Shown: positions 58,982-64,000 of the stretch, piece after piece
How positions within the stretch are numbered: the first letter of the stretch is position 1
Layout of the letters: every line of letters starts with the position of its first letter
From: a bacterium
GTDB taxonomy: Bacteria; Hinthialibacterota; Hinthialibacteria; Hinthialibacterales; Hinthialibacteraceae
DNA: 64,000 nt
Reading direction: 5' to 3'
Assembly (NCBI GenBank): GCA_963662285.2
Contig: CAXXMV010000006.1
Location: forward strand, 1,504,001-1,568,000
Made by a program: the position numbers and the translations under genes
The notes under the pieces: model-generated
Seen by the model: only the letters and a program-made list of their open reading frames with translations
Databases searched by the model: none
Told to the model about the DNA's origin: nothing

Positions 58982-60478
58982 CTATTGCATTGATAATTCC
59001 CGGCTATTGTCTTTATTTTCGTCTTGCTGAATGGGAACCGTTGCAGCCGTCTCTTTTGTAGGTTTCTCACAGGGTGGATCAGAGCATAATCCCGCGACGA
59101 TTTTATCAAGCGACTCTAGACGTTCCAGTAACGAATCCAATTGTCCGCCTGCTGTGTCTGCTAACGATGTGAAGGTATGCAGCATTTCGCGTAGTGCGTC
59201 GCCATTCTCAGGAGCGTTCTCTTTGGCGAACAAGGTTTCGGTTCTGGCTTTAACTTCTTTAACCTGATTATCGATTTGCGAACGAAGCGTGTTGGTTTTC
59301 TTGGTGATGCCCTGAAGCGTTGAGGTCAATTTTTCAAATTGGGGAGTCTCTTCGAGGGGCACGTAACTGGATTGAGCCTCTGGATTCTGCGCCACGTCCT
59401 GCTTCAATGTATCAAGTTTACTGGAGACGTCGCGCAAAGACTGAACCAATTTACCGATCTCCACCGAAGTCTGCTTTTTGCTGTTCTCCAGTTGGGATTT
59501 TATCTCGACCTTGGTTCCTTCCATGCCTTCGCTGGTGATATACAGCGCTCTCATCATAGATTCGCTGGTAGAGTCGATACTGGCGTTCATCTGATTAACT
59601 TTGGCTTGAAGGTCGCCAAGGTTGGATTGTATATCTTTTTGGATGGTTTGAGTTGATTCGGTTAAGGTGCACATTTGCTGCTGGTTGTCTTTTTGCAATT
59701 GGGGGACGCTGGCGCATAGTTCGCTGACGGCTTTATTCGATGAATCTATATCCTTTCCTAGATTGGATATTTTCTGCGCCATCAGAGTTAACTCGGCGGA
59801 TATTTTTTGTGAATCGTTCTGGTTTCTGTTTTCAATCGTATTTACTGATGATGCCAGTTCACTCAGTTGAGTATTGGTATTATTATTAGAGAGTTTTATC
59901 AGGTCTTTCAGGGTTTGGTTTTTTTGATCAATTTGCGCCAGCAGTCCCGTGTTAGCCTCTACCATATTTGAATCCAGGTTTTGCACTGCGGTAAGTATTG
60001 CTTCGCCAGATATGCGGGATGTACGTCCTAAAGTTTGAACTACTCTTACTATATCCTGATTGGTTGATTCGATATTCGATACTGCTTGGGCAACTTCGCT
60101 TCCGTTCTTTGCAATCGCCTGAAGCGTCTCGGAGTGATATCCTTCGTCAGTCTGTTTTATATCCAAAAGTCCTTTTGCCAGGATAGAAGAAGTATCATTG
60201 ATTTTTGTTTCAAGGTCTTTACCGAATTTGCTTAAGGTTGTATTGGTTTTATCTGAGACAGATACAATATTATGTTTAGCATCGGCGTTGATGCGTTTTT
60301 CCATTCCTTGCAGGCGGTAATCCATATAAGCCGCCATTCCGATCCAAGATCCGACGACGACGACTAATCCGGATACTACAAGTCCGGCCGCCGATCTTTT
60401 TCCATTGCCGTTTTCCAAACCATTGTTTGGAGGTGATTCGTTCTGTCCGGTAAGGTTTACATTCTTAGTCATGATCAT
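58982..60478 (-). CDS. Single-TM protein with ~420-aa apolipoprotein-like coiled coil
   Basis: AAGGAG RBS, one TM near the N-terminus, S/N/Q/T-rich amphipathic helical sequence with almost no aromatics. Confidence 0.85.
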   Translation of the reverse strand: MIMTKNVNLTGQNESPPNNGLENGNGKRSAAGLVVSGLVVVVGSWIGMAAYMDYRLQGMEKRINADAKHNIVSVSDKTNTTLSKFGKDLETKINDTSSILAKGLLDIKQTDEGYHSETLQAIAKNGSEVAQAVSNIESTNQDIVRVVQTLGRTSRISGEAILTAVQNLDSNMVEANTGLLAQIDQKNQTLKDLIKLSNNNTNTQLSELASSVNTIENRNQNDSQKISAELTLMAQKISNLGKDIDSSNKAVSELCASVPQLQKDNQQQMCTLTESTQTIQKDIQSNLGDLQAKVNQMNASIDSTSESMMRALYITSEGMEGTKVEIKSQLENSKKQTSVEIGKLVQSLRDVSSKLDTLKQDVAQNPEAQSSYVPLEETPQFEKLTSTLQGITKKTNTLRSQIDNQVKEVKARTETLFAKENAPENGDALREMLHTFTSLADTAGGQLDSLLERLESLDKIVAGLCSDPPCEKPTKETAATVPIQQDENKDNSRELSMQ

Positions 60479-60888
60479 GACTCCTTTATATATAAAAAGT
60501 GTTAGTGTCCCGGTAACAGTAGTTTATAACTCTGTTCCAGGTAGTTGCGGCGATTCGTCGCCGTGAAGTAAATACTTTTTCTAATTACAAATAAATAAAC
60601 AATGAATAGAAAACAGTTCGATTGCTGTGTCTAACTCTGTTTCCTATGAAAATGGAAAGTAGACTCCAAGCAGGTTCGTTGAAATGGAAGGAAATACGCA
60701 GACTATCTGATCGTTACCCGATGCATCTCTCTTATAAATCAATAATAAAAACCATACAAAAAGGACGCTTGATAGTATGAGTCATACATATTAGAGCGGA
60801 TGAAGCAAACTCATACGCAGGTCATTCCGAGAACCGCTCTAAACGTCTCATGATTAAAATCTTATTATAAGGTGCTTCTTTCCAGAGA

Positions 60889-61000
60889 TAAGCTCGAACC
60901 GGGGATTACACGATCAGTTGGCTGGGATATTCCCACATAAAACGCTCTTGCATAGAGATATCAACTGATCCATCCCTCAACCCCGATTCTTTCAGTCTTA
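60889..61000 (-). ncRNA. Candidate structured RNA (three-way junction), family unassigned
   Basis: Nested stems GAATCGGGG/CCCCGGTTC and GATCAGTTG/CAACTGATC enclosing two small hairpins; a G-U pair favours the minus strand. Confidence 0.4.
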
Positions 61001-61296
61001 TATTGACAGTAACTTACTTTTATGTCAATAAAAAAAACAGTTTATTTTGCTTTTTTTTGATATATTTTCTATGTGATATCCTCTTTCAGCGTAGTATCTT
61101 AGGGTGAATTGAGTTAACACGAAACGCTAAAAACCCGCTAGAATTTTTTTAGATAACAACACGTTGTGGATATTCAAGATTGTTTTATACAAGATATAGC
61201 GTGAGTTAGCTTTTCCAGCCACTTTTTTAGCAATAATTAACCAACATTATTTCAATAATCGCTATAGTGCTCTGATTTACTAATTATGTCGGGCGA

Positions 61297-61697
61297 CCTC
61301 ATACCCTCTCCCACGGGCTGACTTTACCCAAAAATATCAATATGGGAGATTATGAGAAATTCAATTATCTGAATATAGGACAATATTGGGTGCCAAGGGC
61401 AGTGTATTTTCTGCCCTTGATTCAGATCACTTCATATATTTCGATAATTTAATTAAGGTTTCACTTAATAAAAAGAATTATGATTAACTTTAAAGTTGTG
61501 GTAGTTGGAACTATATGTTAATAATTCTATAAAAAAAAGATAGATAATTATAGAAATTTTTCAGTTTCTCTATAGTTGTCGTCAAGGGCAGAAAGGACGC
61601 TGCCCTTGGCACCCGTATTGATCTCTGCGTAGCCACTATTAATAATAACAAAACTTGTGGGTAAAAATCAGCCCCATGGGAGAGGGCTTGGGTGAGG
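61297..61697. repeat. Nested inverted REP pairs (outer 61297-61330/61658-61697; inner family A 61388-61420/61582-61614)
   Basis: CCCTCTCCCACGGGCTGACTTTACCCA vs TGGGTAAAAATCAGCCCCATGGGAGAGGG; two A copies facing each other. Confidence 0.8.
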
Positions 61698-61840
61698 GGG
61701 AATTACAGAAAACCTCCTGACAAAAAAACTGGTCGTACTACTAGACAATGTGAATTATTAACATCGCAACGATTGACTAAACTCTATTAGCGGTGTGAAA
61801 TGGATTTATAGATTATTAAACCTTTTCTGGAGGATCAAAG

Positions 61841-62512
61841 ATGGGTTCTGACGCCCTTCAGGCCATTCGTGAAGCTGTACATGCTCAAAAAGTGATTCCT
61901 GTTGAGCTGGACATGGGATATAAAGTAGTCTTTAGCACTCTTCAAGGCAATCTCCCTGTTAATAATCGTATAAGCGGTTCCATACTTGATATTCCGGTTG
62001 ATCTGAGGTTGGATTATTCCATCATCCCCAATACTGGTGGAAGCCTTCCAGTTAACTCTGTTCTTGACGGTTTTATCGGTGATGCGCATATACAAGGACG
62101 CATGATGCATAAGATGGTATTCTCAACTATCGCTGGAAATATACCTGTTAATACTGGCATTGAGTTTAAGAACAATGGCGCCAGGTATCACTTGGAGATG
62201 CCAATATCATTCGCTCTCGGCGCTGCGCGGGGAGGCGGATTGAAAAGTAGTAGTGGTGGTGGGGGAATCGCTAAAAAGAAATCACTGGCGCCCAAGTATA
62301 TTGCCGGCAAGATGATTCAGCCGGATGATTTGCCAGACGATGCTGGCAGCAGCGGTTCTTCTGAAGCGGGAAGACCCATTCCCGGCGGTATCCGTGGAGT
62401 AATAGAAGATATTCAGATCGATTTTAGATTCTCCTTTACTTATTACTGCAATACCAGCAGTGGACGCAATCCTATCAATAATCGGTTAACTGGAGAAATA
62501 CGGGCAGTTTAA
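61841..62512 (+). CDS. Hypothetical protein with internal ~30-aa repeats
   Basis: GGAGGA RBS; four repeats ending in G.(L/I/N)P(V/I)N. Confidence 0.8.
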   Translation: MGSDALQAIREAVHAQKVIPVELDMGYKVVFSTLQGNLPVNNRISGSILDIPVDLRLDYSIIPNTGGSLPVNSVLDGFIGDAHIQGRMMHKMVFSTIAGNIPVNTGIEFKNNGARYHLEMPISFALGAARGGGLKSSSGGGGIAKKKSLAPKYIAGKMIQPDDLPDDAGSSGSSEAGRPIPGGIRGVIEDIQIDFRFSFTYYCNTSSGRNPINNRLTGEIRAV

Positions 62513-62550
62513 CTGGCTCATTATTAATATCAATTATGGATTAAATAAAC

Positions 62551-62597
62551 AATAAACCTGTCAAGATATAACACTTGACAGGTTTATGTTGTTTTTA
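62551..62597. terminator. Bidirectional intrinsic terminator
   Basis: ATAAACCTGTCAAG-loop-CTTGACAGGTTTAT between convergent genes. Confidence 0.8.
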
Positions 62598-62651
62598 ATG
62601 ATTGACAATTAAATTATATTATCAATCCATGCAAAGCTGATTACTCCAAAA

Positions 62652-63140
62652 CTACTTATTCAGTTTCGCCTCTTCTATTTCAATTTTCTTTAAATCCGCT
62701 ATAGAATTGATTGGATGTTTACGTCCTCTATGGCAAGTGAAGCAAGTGATTTTCTCTTTGCTTTCAGTGCCTTTATCATTGTTTTCAGTAACTTTTTCTT
62801 TGTTTTCCTTGAAATATCTATCATTAATATCTTGAACCATTACGTGCATCTCTCTTGTTATAATCTTCTCTTTTCTGGAGTCTGAGGTGAAATCACGAAT
62901 ATTGTGACAAAATTTACAGTCGGTTCCCAGCATTTTGGTTAAGTTAATCATATAATCCTGAAGTTCAGTTCGTTTATCAATTTCTAATATTTGAAGATTA
63001 ATGCCTGCTTTCCCTTTGTTCTCTATTGACTTGGCATCTTTAACATCTTCCTGCCCCCATAATATGTCAGCATCTAACGCCAGCATTGAAAATACCATTA
63101 TTATCACCAGGAAACTGCTGAAAAGGATAATTTTACGCAT
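62652..63140 (-). CDS. Di-heme c-type cytochrome (reaction-centre cytochrome c subunit-like family)
   Basis: Signal peptide, NLQIL, M......LG..CKFCH, K...R.M..MV..IN, CFTCHRG. Confidence 0.85.
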   Translation of the reverse strand: MRKIILFSSFLVIIMVFSMLALDADILWGQEDVKDAKSIENKGKAGINLQILEIDKRTELQDYMINLTKMLGTDCKFCHNIRDFTSDSRKEKIITREMHVMVQDINDRYFKENKEKVTENNDKGTESKEKITCFTCHRGRKHPINSIADLKKIEIEEAKLNK

Positions 63141-63400
63141 TCTAATCTCTCCATTTTTGATTATTTTCATAATTATTTTCAAAATTTTAAAACTTATCGA
63201 TACTATTATACATCGGTATGATCACAACGATTTATATATTTCGGGAAATAAAATGAAAATAAAGATACTCTAATGTACTCACATGGATTGAGTTGAATTT
63301 GCATTCATCCCCTCATCTTACCAAATGGAAGTGCTACAATCTAATTTCCTGATTTATCTTAATTTTTTATGATTTACCTTTTCTGAGAGGAATACGGTTC

Positions 63401-64000
63401 ATGATTACCATTTATCGCTGGAACGAAACGCCGCAAGATCAACAAAAGAAGATTTTATCCCGCTCCGCAGAGGATATTGATAAATTTATACCTCAAGCGC
63501 AAAAAATTGTCGATGCGGTAAAAGAACGTGGTGATGAGGCCATAATTCAATATACCAAGGAATTCGACGGCGCTGATTTATCCGGCAACGGTCTGCGGGT
63601 TACGGCTGAAGAAATTGAAGCCTCTGAGAATAATCTTGATGAAGGCGTCAAACAAGCTATTGATCTATCTTTCAAAAATATAAAAACATTTCATGAACGT
63701 CAGATGCCGGAAGAATTCTGGATGACCGAAATTATGCCCGGCGTTATGGGAGGAGAGAAAGTTACTCCCATCGAAAGCTGCGTATTGTACGTGCCGCGCG
63801 GCACGGCTGCTTATCCCTCGGTAATGCTGATGCTGGGCGTACCGGCCAAGGTTGCCGGAGTTAAAAGGATTGCTGTCGCCACTCCTCCTCAATCTAACGG
63901 ATTAGTGGATGACGCCACCCTATATGCAGCCAAATTAATCGGCATTGAAGAGGTTTACCGTTTCGGTGGAGTTCAGGCAGTGGCGGCCTTTGCCTTGGGC
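63401..64000 (+). CDS. hisD: Histidinol dehydrogenase (partial, runs off the window edge)
   Basis: Manual translation contains V..RGDEA...YT.EFD, FHERQ, LYVPRG.AAYPSV.LM, PAKVAGV, ATPP, GGVQAVAAFA.G. Confidence 0.9.
   Translation, partial: MITIYRWNETPQDQQKKILSRSAEDIDKFIPQAQKIVDAVKERGDEAIIQYTKEFDGADLSGNGLRVTAEEIEASENNLDEGVKQAIDLSFKNIKTFHERQMPEEFWMTEIMPGVMGGEKVTPIESCVLYVPRGTAAYPSVMLMLGVPAKVAGVKRIAVATPPQSNGLVDDATLYAAKLIGIEEVYRFGGVQAVAAFALG

Noticed and set aside
60889-61000. Assignment as 6S RNA, TPP or c-di-GMP riboswitch
   Set aside because: Too short and branched for 6S; lacks the CUGAGA motif of TPP and the GCAAA/GNRA-receptor pattern of c-di-GMP-I. Kept as an unassigned candidate.
7716-61697. 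Dispersed palindromic repeats as a CRISPR array or integron attC sites
   Set aside because: No regular repeat-spacer period and no cas genes. I did not see RYYYAAC/GTTRRRY core boxes or an integrase. The dispersed intergenic pattern fits REP/MITE elements.
62652-63140. Evidence of phototrophy from the reaction-centre-like cytochrome
   Set aside because: Only two heme motifs and no puf/bch genes in the window; such di-heme homologs occur in non-phototrophs.

Overview
Bacterial chromosomal window of moderate GC with AT-rich intergenic DNA. It carries many carbohydrate-scavenging and Tat-exported enzymes (GH28, CE15, sulfatase, DUF4038, Gfo/Idh/MocA). It also has housekeeping genes (ychF, trkA, glycerate kinase, glutamate dehydrogenase, partial hisD), a YtrA-type GntR/ABC operon, an ECF sigma/anti-sigma pair, a pseudopilin/GspF locus and an MlaF/MlaD pair. 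Accessory content: (i) a DUF262-HNH-Schlafen(AlbA_2) fusion gene between apparent decayed hsdS and hsdR stubs, followed by a truncated nucleotidyltransferase and hicBA; (ii) an intact IS5-family element with a target duplication splitting a DUF2971-like gene; (iii) an orphan XRE antitoxin; (iv) at least four families of REP/MITE-like palindromes, some as composite direct repeats bracketing single genes. The most unusual items are a pilin whose cleavage motif lies about 220 residues inside a 6-TM protein, the Schlafen-GmrSD fusion, REP-bracketed cassettes, a structured leader upstream of a long coiled-coil gene, an FGGY pseudokinase and an antenna-bearing GDH. No rRNA, tRNA or CRISPR array was seen. 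All family calls come from motif recognition by eye, without database searches.
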